DNA of 64,000 bases from Callorhinchus milii. Lineage: Eukaryota. The position numbers and the translations under genes are program-made. Positions 39,219 to 52,991 of the stretch are shown piece by piece. Every line of letters begins with the position of its first letter. Position 1 is the stretch's first letter. The notes under the pieces were generated by a model that was given only the letters and a program-made list of their open reading frames with translations, had not been told where the DNA came from and did not search any database. Location of the stretch: contig NW_024704742.1 of assembly GCF_018977255.1 (NCBI RefSeq), positions 86,244,001 through 86,308,000 on the forward strand. The letters are read 5' to 3'.

Positions 39219-40490
39219 AATGTATCACAATATTGTTCTGTTTCAGCTCGTCTGACTGAGGAAGCAGGTTTGTGTTGTCCTGGGGCTTGTTCACTGCAGA
39301 TGGCACACAGTCACATGAGGGCAGTTCTTAACAGGCTATGCTCATACTCCATTTCTTTCACTTCTGTTGCTGCCCATGATTTGTGTGCTTCAATTGTACA
39401 TTAGGACATTGCGTCAAGGGCCGCATAGCAATAGTTATTGATTACTAATGCTAACAACACTATTCATTTTGGCTGGGTCCATCAGAACTCTATCAAGAGC
39501 AACAGTATGACAATCAAACCATCACATCTTAAAGGGGCTGTATCATGTTGGAAAAGAATCTTAAGAGATAAAGGGATCAATTTTGCTGTATTTATTAACA
39601 GATTAATTAATTAACAAATCTGAGTGGGATCACCATCCAATAACTGTCAGTATGTGATGCATATCCTTACAACTCGAAGGACCACTATTCCAAAAAGAAA
39701 TGGGAAATAGTTGTAGCAGTGTGAGTTGAGAATCACGGATTTCCAAATTTCTTATTAAGGAATACCCCAAAACTGACACCAGAAACTGTACAGGACAAAT
39801 CAGGATTCACCAACACAGCCAAAGTCAGGAGTCTGTAGTAACTTTTACAATGCTCCTACTCTGATTTTGAAAGTCTCATTTATTTTATTAAAACATTTTA
39901 CCAGTAAAAAGACACGGTGACTAGACAACCCTGTTGAGTTTCTATCCTGTAAGGATTCTTTGCAAGAGTCTTTAAGAAATAATGGACTAAGTGTGACAAA
40001 TTGCTTCTTTACAGTTTTCTAAAATTCTGCACGATTTTACATTTCAAAAGGCAATTGTCTTAAAGCTAAGATCCCAAGGTATTTCAGGCCTCTGACTATC
40101 TCAAATAACAGAATAAATTATTTAAAAATAATTTAAAATAGCCACAAGTTTCTGAGTGGCACTATAATTAGAAGCCAGTATGCCACATGGTTCCATGAAA
40201 GACATCTTAGCCTTATTTACATTTAAGAGCTTTGAAAACACAGAGTTCTTTCAATCCAAAAATTCTGCATTGAGACAATTTATTAGTGTAAATCTAATTG
40301 TTGACTAAGGATATGTAGAATCCAGGATTACAAATGATAGTCTTCGTACTGTACCTGAATCTCATCAATCTAGTAAATGCCGGTTCACTACAATGAACTC
40401 TTGGGTGCTGAGTGTTAAACTGTAATAAATAGGCATGTACAAAAAGATGCTCATCTTTAAACCTTCATCTTTCTTATTGATTTCCTGCAG

Positions 40491-40520
40491 CCGAAGGCTC
40501 TCAAACTTCTGGGAATGGAG
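40491..40520 (+). CDS. TRPM3: TRPM3 30-nt exon (~ex17): PKALKLLGME (G-beta-gamma binding peptide in mammals)
   Basis: tttcctgcag| acceptor, |gtacat donor, phase 0-0; peptide identical to the mammalian one as recalled. Confidence 0.95.
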
Positions 40521-42297
40521 GTACATTAAGACAATCGATTTGTTTCCTTTATTTGAGGATGCTAAATGCACTTTATACAACAGGGGTTTTGATAGTTCCT
40601 ACCACGTAAAGCACGATTGTCTTCCTCCTTCTCTGTCCACCACCACTGCCAAAACTCTGCAATGTTACATGATAATATCCCCTAGAGCCAACCAGGTGGA
40701 ATCAAGTGGGTAAATTTCACTTCTGTAAAGCATTTGTTTTAAACAAAATCCTTTTTTAAAAAAACCTCTCTATTTGAGCCAATGAGCTGAATGTCCACAC
40801 CAGTTCATTGACTCACTATTGATTGTGCTCGTAGAGCCTGTAAAATTATTGTTTAATTTCTCATTTCCCTCCACCACCACCCCCCCTCTCCACCCCATCT
40901 CTGGAACATTTGAAATGATGGCAGCCACATCTGGAGAGAAGTGAATGGCAACAAACAATGGAGAATGCTGAAGCAAATTATTTTTTGTTATTAATTATCC
41001 CAACCTCTGTTGTATATCAAATACACAGTTGAGAACAGGGGAATACTCAGTCCAATTCCATTCTTCCTTCTGACTTGGTCACTGGTGAGTGAAGGGCGTT
41101 TGCTGACTGGTGAAGGAGACTGGGTGTAGCTCTGTTCTCCACTGGGTAGCCTCGATGTATCTGAACTCTCCCGTTCTAGCACATTGTGCTTTGTTTGCAT
41201 CCATTCCATAGCTGTGTTTCCGTGTCACTGATGTATTTTTTNGCTTATTATATCCATCCTTAATCCTTTTGTCATTCATTCGTACATGTCAACCTTTTAA
41301 CTTTGTTCTTTCTGTTCACTTTGTTTCTGGTAAGACTTTGGATAATGTAAAAGAACACCTGGCTGTTTCCTTTTGTGTTGTTTTGTGTTGTTGGTTTCAA
41401 TACTTATTACCTTGAACCCTTGTTGGATTTGAAGGAATGTTTAGAAGAAATCTGTACTTGTCATTCTTTAAACATTTACATTTGCCACTGAGTTAAGTCA
41501 TCTCCAGATAGTAAAGTGCAATATCAGAAGGTAATGTCTTAAGTATTCAGCTGCCTAAACAGCTATCCGGCAATGCCTGAATATTACGTTAACTGGGTTT
41601 TAAAAAGACATTGGGGTGACATGAAATCTGTTGAAATCACATGAAATCACATTGTGGTCACATGAAATCTGTTATGAAATGTTGGAAATTCTCCCCCATT
41701 ATTTCTGTGATTTTGCAAAGCAAAATGGTGACTGTTTTTCAGACTGTTACCACTGAAGGAGAACAGCTGTATATTAACCCAGAAAATTCTGTCAGAAAAT
41801 GCATCAGAAAGGAGAGAATGTTGTGTTGAGATTTATTATAATATATTCTAATGTTATTGCGTATTATGCCAATCTCAACCAAATTTTAGTGCTAAGATGA
41901 GTTCATGAAACAATTGGGCAGAAATTCCAGTTGGCATTAAGGGTAGTGTCTGCCAGTATTGAGATTCAAAGCATTATAAATCCAACCAGAATTTCAGCCC
42001 AAATGTTTGATTTAGTTAATGTTCCCTAAGTTACACAATACACAGCAGCCAACAGTTCGACACTCCAGTGTTGCAAGAACAGTGGGGTCAAAACATTTCC
42101 TAACAGATTTGATGTGCTAATTATTCTACTGAATCTGTTGTGAAATGTCACAGATAGCTGCATTGCAGTGTATTGCAGAAAATCAGCCTACAGTTCAGTA
42201 TCACTCAAGTTTGCCAAGCCATCGTGGCACTAAACCAGACAGACTGCATCCTGATGAGTTGAACTCTCAAACAGAACAGCAGATCTTGTGAAGCTAA

Positions 42298-42642
<345 letters not shown>

Positions 42643-42730
42643 TAATCAAAGGAAGGCATTATAAAGGGGCGTCAATAGCAACCTGTGATGTGTTAACATA
42701 TCATTAAATGTTCCTGTTGCACATAACTAA

Positions 42731-43394
42731 AATCCTGTAGCTTAGTGGTTAGAGCACTCGCCTTCCAAGCGAGAGGACCTGGATTCGATTCCCGGACAGG
42801 GCGAAATCTTGGACAAGTTTCCTTACTCCATAGGTCTCTGTTCAGCTAGCAGTAAGTAGAAACCCGGTTGTTAGTTGATTTGTGGATCACTTTTCCAGGA
42901 GTAATAATAATAATCCTTGCATTTGATATAGTGCTTTTCACGTCTTCTAGACGTCTCAAACCGCTTCACAGAATATGCTGTAAAGCTGTATTTGTGGGCA
43001 AAACGCAGCAGCCAATTGCGCACATCAGTATCCCACAAACAGTCATGGATTGAAAATGACCAATTTATTATTGTTTTATCTTGGAGGGATTATTATTAGG
43101 CGTGTGAAGTACGGAAACTTGCCCAAGGTTTCGACCTGCCTGGAATTGAACCCAGATGTCTCCCTTGTGCTCTAACGATTGAGCTACGGGACTCCACAAT
43201 AATCACTTTAAATAAATTTTGGTCACTCAATCCACAACTGTTTGTGGGACACTGCTGTGGGCAATTGACTGTCGGGTTTCACCCACAAAATATAATCAAT
43301 TCACTTTACAGTATATCCTGTGAAGCGCTTTGAGACGTCACGAAGACATGATAAGGAGCTATATCAAATGCAAGGATTATTATTATTATTATTA
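42731..43394. mobile_element. Long-form plus-strand SINE with a full-length minus-strand short-form SINE (42902-43195) nested inside
   Basis: Outer copy breaks at ccaggagtaataat and resumes aataatcac...tttggtcactcaatcc. Confidence 0.9.
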
Positions 43395-44106
43395 TGGACG
43401 GTCACCTCTACCCTCCCCCCAGCTCGGTGGCAGGCTCCTCCACTATTAAACGCTGGGAGACACTGACCCAGGTGAAGGGCACTATATAAATTCATGTTGT
43501 TGTTGGACTAGCCCACAGGCGTAATCTCCTCCCACCCTTGACTTCATCACATTGGTGGAGCATGAAGCCAGCCAACATATGGGATTTGACTCTCAGTTAA
43601 TATTTGTTGAGTTAAACCAGTATCCACTTGCCCAAAACTCATAAGCCACCATCTGTGTCAAATGCTTGCTTCAGTGAGAGTTGGCTGAGGGGATGACACG
43701 GCAGTTGATTTCTTCAGTTATTGACATTTTCAACGGCAGGTTTTCAGCAGGGTTTCAATTAATAATAATCCTTGCATTTGATATCGCGCCTTATCACATC
43801 TTCGAGACATCTCAAAGCACTTCACAGAATATACTGTGAAGTGAATTAACTGTATATTTTGTGGGCGATATTAACATGTCACAGGTTGCAATTTATATCC
43901 CAAAGAGAGCAAATACCAGTCACTCAAAAGGCTGCTTACTTATGGGGAAGTGTGATGCTGTAACTCCAGACTTGCCTCTCAAATCTTTATGTTATTTAAT
44001 CATGTTTGGTACCATATGGCGAACGTGCAGGAAAATGCAGGCTTCACAAGTCATGTGTCTTTAACACTCTGAAGTTGACAGCTATTCTGTATCTGTAGCA
44101 GATGCA

Positions 44107-44453
44107 CAGGGTGTTCACAAAGTCCTGTTACCCCCATGATTTTTTTCTACAGTGCACTGACCAACAATTGAAACATGAAAGAATGATGATAATGGTATTT
44201 AGAAATACATAATTGTATTCAGTACAAGTGTTTAACTGTATTTAGGCATCCAGAGGATCAGTGTGTGTGAGCGCCATCATTTTCATGGCAGATAATGATC
44301 CATGTTCAGTGCCACAACTTCCTTAACATGGATGAAGTCACGAGGAAGTCACTGGTGTCACACATTGGTAGACTCGACTCATCTGCAACAGAAAATAAAA
44401 AATCATTGTAGAGAAAAACAGATGGAGGGTAACAGGACTTTGTGAACACCCTA
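44107..44453. mobile_element. Tc1/mariner-type MITE (~347 bp)
   Basis: Perfect 26-bp TIR agggtgttcacaaagtcctgttaccc / gggtaacaggactttgtgaacaccct; CAGGGTG terminus; TA on the right flank (CA on the left). Confidence 0.8.
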
Positions 44454-44647
44454 TAGAGTTGACAGTCGTTCTTTGTCTCTACTCAACCACAGTTGGCAAC
44501 TTTTCTGTATCTTTGCTGGACTACAATTGACTGCTGTTCTGTGTGTATAACAGAGGCACAGCCATTTGTTCCTATACCTGATCAGATGTGGCAGTGTTTT
44601 GTGCCTGTAACAGAAATAGATTTGTTGACTGTTGTTGAGTTTGCTAG

Positions 44648-45001
<354 letters not shown>

Positions 45002-45430
45002 TAGTCTACAAGACCATTTTGTCTTTTATATAGATCAAGGGAGTGTCAGTCTCGACTATATGAGTTCCAAGTTCTATTGTGTGGCTTGAACCCACAACCT
45101 TCTGACTCAGAGGCGAGTGTGCTACCAACTAAGCCAGGCTGACACCGTTTTATTGCAGGCTTTGTTCACAAGTGGTGCTTATGTATATTCTGTACACCTG
45201 GATTCTGTCAGCAGTCAGCCAAGTATCTGACTAATTCAACCATTCAGTCTAAGTAACAATTTAACCATTTGGTAAGGCAGCTTTGAACGACCAAACATTA
45301 GTCAGTTTATACAAAGACCTATGTTAGGCCCAGTTCTGTGTGTTTTGTGCATCTTCAGTCAATTGGCTTTTAACATTAGACTATCAGCATCCAAACACAG
45401 ACGCTAAAGGGTTGCTTCCCGTTTTTACAG

Positions 45431-45598
45431 GTTATTCTGGGCATTCTGCTTCCCCCATCCATCCTGAGCTTGGAGTTTAAGAACAAGAATGAGATGTCAT
45501 ACATGCCACACAGCCAGGAGTCCCCTGTATTACTGAAAGAGGTGGAGGAACCTGAGAAACCAGTCAAAGAGAAGGAGGAGGAAGACATGGAATTCACA
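45431..45598 (+). CDS. TRPM3: TRPM3 exon (~ex20), 168 nt, pre-S1: [19 protein letters not shown]...EEEDMEFT
   Basis: tttacag| acceptor, |gtaagc donor. Confidence 0.96.
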
Positions 45599-45881
45599 GT
45601 AAGCACACGAAAGAGACATTTAAGGCTGTGTTTACAGTGCTGGCTGGAAGTTTAAATGTTTTTTGATGTGAAATCAATAAACTTGAAAACTCTCCTAACG
45701 TTACATTTTAAATGCCAGAACCGCCACGCATCTTCAGCAGCGAGTGTCAATTTCACTACTCCTGAAACCACCTCCTGAAAGGAGCAGGGCTCCAGGACAA
45801 TTCACGCTGGCCGAGACACCATTTTTGCTACATGTTTGGCTAAGGATCATTTCCAAAATCATGGTGATTTACAGCACAGTT

Positions 45882-46168
45882 GAACAACAACAACTTGTAT
45901 TTATATAGCGCCCTCCACGCAGGGTTGTGTCTCAGAGCACTTAACAGTGGCGGAACTTGATTCTGAGCCGGGGTGGGGGGGACAGATGGCTGTAAGCATG
46001 GTCGAAGAGGAAGGTTTTCAGGCGGGACCTGAAGAAGAGGAAAGAGGGGACAAGGCAGAGGGATTGAAGGAGAGTGTTCCAGAGGTTTGGGGCGTAGTGG
46101 CTGAAAGCACGACCTCCGATGGTGGGTCGGAGGGTGTGAGGGATGAGCAGGAGGCTGGTGCCAATCGA
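45882..46168 (-). mobile_element. L2 3' fragment
   Basis: RPTIGGRAFSHYAPNLWNTL...RSRLKTFLF; (AAC)n tail. Confidence 0.85.
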
Positions 46169-46329
46169 GTTGAAACACAGCATTAACTGTACAGTGGTAA
46201 CTATTGGGTGCAAAGTAATAGTATTTGGCTGGTTTCTTCACTGTTAAATGGAGGCTGAATTGTGAAGATCTGTGGGGTGTGACTATCACACTTTTGTCAC
46301 TTCCCGGCTGGAATATTCTAATGCTCCAG

Positions 46330-46828
46330 CTCCACCATAAACAAAATACAACTAATTCAAAACTCCGCTGCCCGGATACTCACCTGCACAAAACTTTGTA
46401 ACCCTATTGCATCAGTCCTTGCCAGGATCCACTGGCTCCCAATTACTGAACGGGTCGATTTCAAGATCCTCTCACTCGTTTTCAAATCCCTTCATGCCCT
46501 CACACCTCCCTATCTATCTGACCTGTTTACTCCCCACTTTACCACCCGCTGCCTCTGGATCCTATTTGTCCCTCATGCCCTCCATTCCATCATCACTGGC
46601 CACGCCTTTATCCATTACATCCCGAAACTCTGTAAGTCTCACCCTCAATCCTTCCGCCTTGACCCCTCCCTCCCCAACTTCAAATCCCACCGAAAGACTT
46701 TCCTTTTTGTCATGTTTATGGTCACCTCCCTCTCCCCCTAGCGTGTTGTCAGACTCCACCACTTTCAAGTGTTCCAGGATTCTACCCTACGTGAAAGGCA
46801 CCATATAAATGTAAGCTGTTGTTGTTGT
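46330..46828 (+). mobile_element. L2 3' fragment
   Basis: caaaactccgctgcccgg, atccactggctccc, tail gtgaaaggcaccatataaatgtaagct(gtt)n. Confidence 0.75.
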
Positions 46829-47589
46829 GGGTGGTCTTGATAATTGATAAATGGTCAGCAATGTGAGTTTGATCAGTGCTGCAGGTGTGATATAATATCA
46901 GGTACTGCCTCTCTGCCTGTTGTCTGAAAGGTGTCGTGTTCATGTGTGTCAATGTCATGGATTTGTTAGCCAGAAACAGGGAAAGCAAAGCCAAAGGAAA
47001 GCAGTGGCAGAAAATGAACCTTAATTTAGAAGCCAGTGGTTAATAAGACCACCAGGATTCTACCCCACGAATCAAAATTAAGACTGATTTTAAGGATTTT
47101 CCACAATTCTGTGCGATCTTAGTTTTAAGACAAAATAGACTAAAAATAAGGTGGCATTTTGGACCTCCGAGTGGAAATTTTTCACGTGGGTTTACACTTA
47201 GACTTTTTTTCTTAGCATTTTTCAACATGCTAATTTTGAACTATTCTTGAAATTCAATCTTAACTTTGCATCTGTTTTTTCTGCAGTTCTTAACAAACAA
47301 GAGCACTTCAGAATTAAGACAGAATTTAAAAATTGCCCCAAATTTGCAGTCTGAATTGTTAAGAAAGAAGCCTAAGTCCAGACCCAGGTAGAATTTATAA
47401 TCTTCCCCACCCCCCCACATACCCGCAAAAAAAACCTGTAGTTTGATAGTTTACCATTGGAAGTGTCTCCAGGTGAACCAAGTAATGTTTATTGACTGTT
47501 TTGGAGATTGGCTGTCAAGTTTATCTACAAATTACGCAGTCACTACACTTTACAGTAAATCCTGTGAAATACTTTGAAAAGTCCTCTTG

Positions 47590-48192
47590 ACATGAAAGGT
47601 GCAATATGAAATCATAGAATTATACAGCACACAAGGAGGCCATTCGGCCCATCAGGTCTGTGTTGGCTCTTTGAAAAGAACTATCCAAATCAATCTCACT
47701 CCTTTGCTCTCTCCCCATAGCCCTGCAAACTTGTCTTCCCCAAATAATTATCTACTTCTCTCTTAAAAGCTGTTATCGAATCGGCTTCCACCACCCTTTC
47801 AGGTAATGCATTCCAGATCTGAACAACTCGCTGTGTGAAAAAAAATTCTCCTCACTTCCCCTCTGTTTCTTTTAACAACTATTTTAAGTTCGTGCCCTCG
47901 GGTTTACCAATTCACCCGTTAGTGGAAATGGTTTCTCATTGTTCACCCTATTGAATCCCCTCATAATTTTGAAAACTTCTATTAAGTCTCCTCTTAACCT
48001 TCTTTGCCCCAAGGAGAATAATCCTGGCTTCTCTAGCCTCTCCTGATAACTGAAATCCCTCATTCCTGGTACCATCCTGGTAAATCTCCTTTGCACCTTC
48101 TCCAATGCCTTGACATCCTTCCTAAAGTGTGGTGCCCAGAACTGAACACAGTCTCTCGCTGAGGCCTAACCAGTGTTTTATAAAGGCTCATC
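47590..48192 (-). mobile_element. CR1-clade LINE 3' fragment, inserted in a SINE tail
   Basis: EKVQRRFTRMVPGMRDFSYQERLEKPGLFSLGQRRLRGDLIEVFKIM; SINE tail resumes ataaatgccagggttattatt at ~48193. Confidence 0.9.
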
Positions 48193-49425
48193 ATAAATGC
48201 CAGGGTTATTATTGTTCTCATTATTATTATTTACTCTGTCATGCTTTTTTAGCTGATTTAGCTTCATAACTAACAAATAATCATTCTTCATGCGTGAACC
48301 TTGACTGTCAGCAGGATGTTTGTCTGTTGGGGGGTGGGGGTGGAGTGCTTAAAGGGGAAGGAAAATCCGGAGGGAGCATTTCTGTTCAAGATACTTCTCC
48401 CACCTCCTTCTGTCCCTAGATATAGAGGAGGGTGGAGGTGGCCAGGGGGTGGGGCAGGCGTATATTTATGGAAGTGTAGTTTGCTTGTAGCGAGGAATTC
48501 TCGCTTTTCCGTATTACCTGGGACCTGCCTCCTCCTGTCCTAGGCTTCTCCGGTGACGTCAGTGACAGAGAGAAGCCGAGTGACTCCCAGAGCAGCTGCA
48601 GTACCAGTGAGTATGCAGGAACATCGACCGGGAATGTGATCATACATTTTCTGCAGAGCACACTGGAAAAACATACAGAATCCTGTAACTTACAACAACT
48701 ATTTTTTTAAAATAATAATAATTTGGTCACTCAATCCATGGCTGTTTGTAGGACACTGCTGTGCACAACTGGCTGCTGTGTTTTGCTCACAAAAGTGTAG
48801 TCAATTCACTTTACAGTATATTCTGTGAAGCGCTTTGAAACGAATCGACGAAGTGATAAGGCGATATAATCAAATGCAAGGATTATTATTACTATTATAG
48901 TAAGTGCATGAAGGTCACTATATATGCAAAGTGTCATTGTTGTAATGATAAAACAATGCCCCTACAATCACAGTAAATTTGATCTATTTACTCCTCGACT
49001 TTTCGGATGTCACAACATGCAGTTTGGGAAACATAAAACTCGAGACCAAATGCCTGACCATAAGCAAGTGTATGGTGAGAAAACTGTGAGGTTTTATAAC
49101 AGATCTGATGTATTAATTGTGAGTGGGTTTTAATTAAATCGCATTTTAGGTCAAGTTGATAAACGGCTATCATTTTCATGAAACATCATCCTTACGTGAC
49201 ATTTCAGAGACTTTAACAGTGTTATCCTTTGGAAAGATGAGTTGTAGATTATAGTTAATATGGATTGACACATCACAGCACAGCACCCCTTTAACCTGAA
49301 GTTATGAACTGTAATGCCCACATATTTTGGATTCTATTTGCAAGCTGTGCATTGTTACATAACATGATAGCTGAGAAGTTAATGTCTATGACACTGGATT
49401 GTCTTACGAGTGCAATTTATGAGTG

Positions 49426-49665
49426 CAATTAAGCTTATTGAAGTGTGGTTTAGGCCAGGACGCTAGATTCATTTAACACCTTGATACTGTAATGAGCCTG
49501 TGCTCTGGAGAGGATTCATACTGTTCACAAAATTGGTTCGGATGAAGGGCCTTTGGCTCATTTGATTTCATCCTTCCAGCCATCCAATCATCTTCCCATT
49601 ACAGTATCAAAGTGTTAAATGAATCTAGCATCCTGGCCTAAACCACACTTCAATAAGCTTAATTG
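49426..49665. repeat. 69-bp inverted repeat (49426-49494 / 49597-49665), 2 mismatches, 102-nt spacer
   Basis: Direct reverse-complement comparison of the two arms. Confidence 0.95.
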
Positions 49666-51250
49666 ACTTTGTTTTGTTTCCAGCATGCAGGAATTTCGAG
49701 GACTGGGCATCAGAGTAGAAACTTTTACATGAATCCAAAATTAAACAAGCTTGCTGGAGCTTACCAGACAGTCTGCATGGTTTTAGATAGTTACACTCCA
49801 GTATTACCTAAATGCACACTTTGGGGTCCCCAAGCCTTGACTCTTGCTAACTGGCTTCTAATATTCTCTGGAATTAAGTAAGTAGGGCGTGCCCTTCAAG
49901 GAGAGAAAGACGATTCCATTACAAAGGTAAATTTCCATGTGTAGGTGGCAGACACAAGTGGAAATCTGGTCTAGAAACATAGAAAACCAGTACAGAAAGG
50001 AGATCAATTCAGATTAATCCGAAATCAATCCCACCGCCTTATCCTCACTTCCCTTCAGGCCCCACTCTGCTTCCCTCTTGAAAGCTACAAAGGACTCCGC
50101 AACTCCTAAGTGATGGGTTTGTACATGTGTCAGACAACCGACTGACCAAAAATCAACCTGCATTCTGAGGCACAGAGGAGATAATTTGCTAAAACAAAAG
50201 GTAAAATACTACAGATGTTGGAAATCTGAAATTAAAACAGAAGTTGCTGGGAATACTCAGCAGGTCAGGCAGCATCTATGCAGAGAGGAAAGTGATTTAA
50301 CATTTCAAGTCGATGACCTTTCATCTGAATTCATAATTTGCTAATTGTTGTGGCATTCAACTTGTATTATGAAGGCCTATGTCAGCAGAAAAAGTTTCAG
50401 TCAGACATGCTCCTGTTGACAGTTTCTCTGTTTCTCTCTCTCTCCTGAAGGTAGTGCTTGTCTATATTTCATTTCCAATGAGCAGTGAATTCTGTCAGAC
50501 ACGGCATCTGAGGCTCTTCACACTCTTTGCTGTAAGATCATTGTCATAAAACAAGATGGTGCAGTATTTTGGAAGATTTTCAAATTCAATCTAAATGTGC
50601 ACGCCATTTTGCACAATTCTTAAAAGAATCCGAGAGAAAATGGCTTCTAAATTAAAAATGATTTTTTAAAGAATTTTCCAAAATTCTACATGCTTACATA
50701 TCAAGACATTGGTCTTAAAGCTAACACCTCAATGGGAAGACATTCCACCAGGGTCTATGTTTACTCTATTTACGTAGCAAAATTTGATAACGTTTTGAAT
50801 ACAAGCCTCATTTTGAAGCTGGGCTTCTTTACATTTGTTTAAGAATCAAGCTCTGAAATGGTAAGAAAATAGAGTAAATCTAGACCTAGGTGGGATGTCT
50901 TCCCACAGAAGTCTACATTAGCTCTTGACTGTAAATATCAACTGAATCGTAAACTCCTATACCAAAGAATAAATTACATAACCAAAAAAGTTAAAAGAAA
51001 AATCACCAAATATGCAACAGGTAAAAGGGAGAATGTAATATAGTAATTTAATTATTGCAAGTGAGGAGTGACACTTAGTGACAAAACTCGGTACAGCACC
51101 TGAATATCTTTACACTGAAGTTTCCAACTTGCAAGACATAAACTCCTCATGAAACATCGGAATGATTTAATGTTTCCTCTAAGTCTGAGCTGTGAATGGT
51201 CATCGTTGCTTGTCACCATACTAGCTCACGGCTGTGATTGTCTTTTTTAG

Positions 51251-51391
51251 GCAATGCTGGACGGGGTGAATGGAGAAACTGTGAGAAAAAAGGATGAGGC
51301 GGAAGTACAGACCGTACACGGAATAATTCCCTTTGGCAGAAAGATATACGAGTTCTACAATGCTCCTATTGTTAAGTTCTGGTTTTATACA
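51251..51391 (+). CDS. TRPM3: TRPM3 exon (~ex21), 141 nt: [18 protein letters not shown]...[19 protein letters not shown]
   Basis: ttttag| acceptor, |gtgagt donor; [10 protein letters not shown] motif. Confidence 0.96.
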
Positions 51392-52991
51392 GTGAGTAAT
51401 GAAGCTAACGATTTGGTTGTGTGTAATGATATAGTGCCACCAACACTTTTTACTAGCCAAGTGATCGGATGGGACCCTGGTGTAAACAGGGCAGGATTTA
51501 GAACCACTGGCCACAGTAACTTACGTTTATATAACGTCTGTCACATAAAAATCACAAGGCATTTTACAGAATAAAATTAATTAGAAATGAAGTGAATGTT
51601 ATGTATGCGGAAGCTAGTGTGCAGTATTGTCGCAAGATCACCAGATTGGTGTGGATGAAGAAAGCCCTTCGGCCCATTTGATATCACCCTTCTGGAGTAC
51701 TCATCCTACCATCTTCCCACTACAGTCGTAAGCTGTTTCTTACCCGAGTCCTGTATCCTGACCTCAGTCACCATTCCAGTCATTAATTAGCCTTCTGTAA
51801 GGTAATACTTTCAGGTATCTATCCTGAGATTGTTCTTTACAATCCTAAACCTGTGTCTATAAACAACAATGAGATAGGTGGGCATTTGTTTGAATCTGGA
51901 TTAAGTACAGAGACTGCTGTTCTACCGGGTACCTCTAGTGTAAAGAAACCATGTCCAAATTCACCCAATGAGGACAGGTAAAATAATAATAATAATTCTT
52001 GCATTTGATATAGCGCCTTATCACGTCTTCGAGATGTCTCAAAGCACTTCACAGAATATACCGCAAAGTGAATTAACTGTATATTTTGTGGGGAAACACG
52101 GCAGCCAGTTGTGCACAGCAGTGTCCCACAAACAGTCGTGGAATGAAGTGATCAAATTATTATTATTATTTTTTCACAACACTTGTAACTATTGGGAATA
52201 CAAAGATGTGACCTGAACTGGGATTGCAACCTTCTACTGTTGGAAACACCTGATGTCAGTCTAAAAGTCTTATCTTTATAGTTGAGACCAAACATTAAGA
52301 GGTCTGGTTAGAGAGAAGCCACATTAAAGGTTGCCATTTCAAAACTACACCCCTTGCAACCGAGAGTTCAAAATCTACACAAAGAAGCATTTAAATGGGA
52401 TAGAAAGTAAATCAAGAATAATACTCTAAGATATGGCAAGCCAGCAGAACAAGAGGGCACAGGTTCAAGGATTGCAAACCGCAATTTCAGGACAGACACC
52501 AAAAAAAAATTATTTACACAGAGAGAGTAACTTATAACTGGAACAAGTTACCAGGAAAGGTGGATGAAGTCAGCAGCTTGATGCTGTTATGGGAGGACAC
52601 TGGGGTGGGTGTTGTGGAAGGATGAGATCTTATGGCTGAAGGGCCTCAGGCACTTCAAGAAGTTATTCTGCGTGAAGGAGGCCAACATTCCCCCAAATAA
52701 AATTGGTTACTCACTCCTTGGCTGTTTGTGGGACATTGCTGTGCCCAAACTGGTTGCCACGTTGCTCCCATAAAATAGACAGTCACTGTATTTTACAGTA
52801 TATCCTGTGAATCTCTTGACGACTTAATAAGGCGCTAAATCAAAGGAAAGGATTATTATTATATTATGTATTATATTCGTCAAATGAGATTCAAAAGATT
52901 CATTTTCTCTCCAGTAATGTCAAGATTTTAATGTTGGCCCTCTGCCATGTCAATGTTCCTGATATAATGCAGATGGTTTCCTATCAAACAG

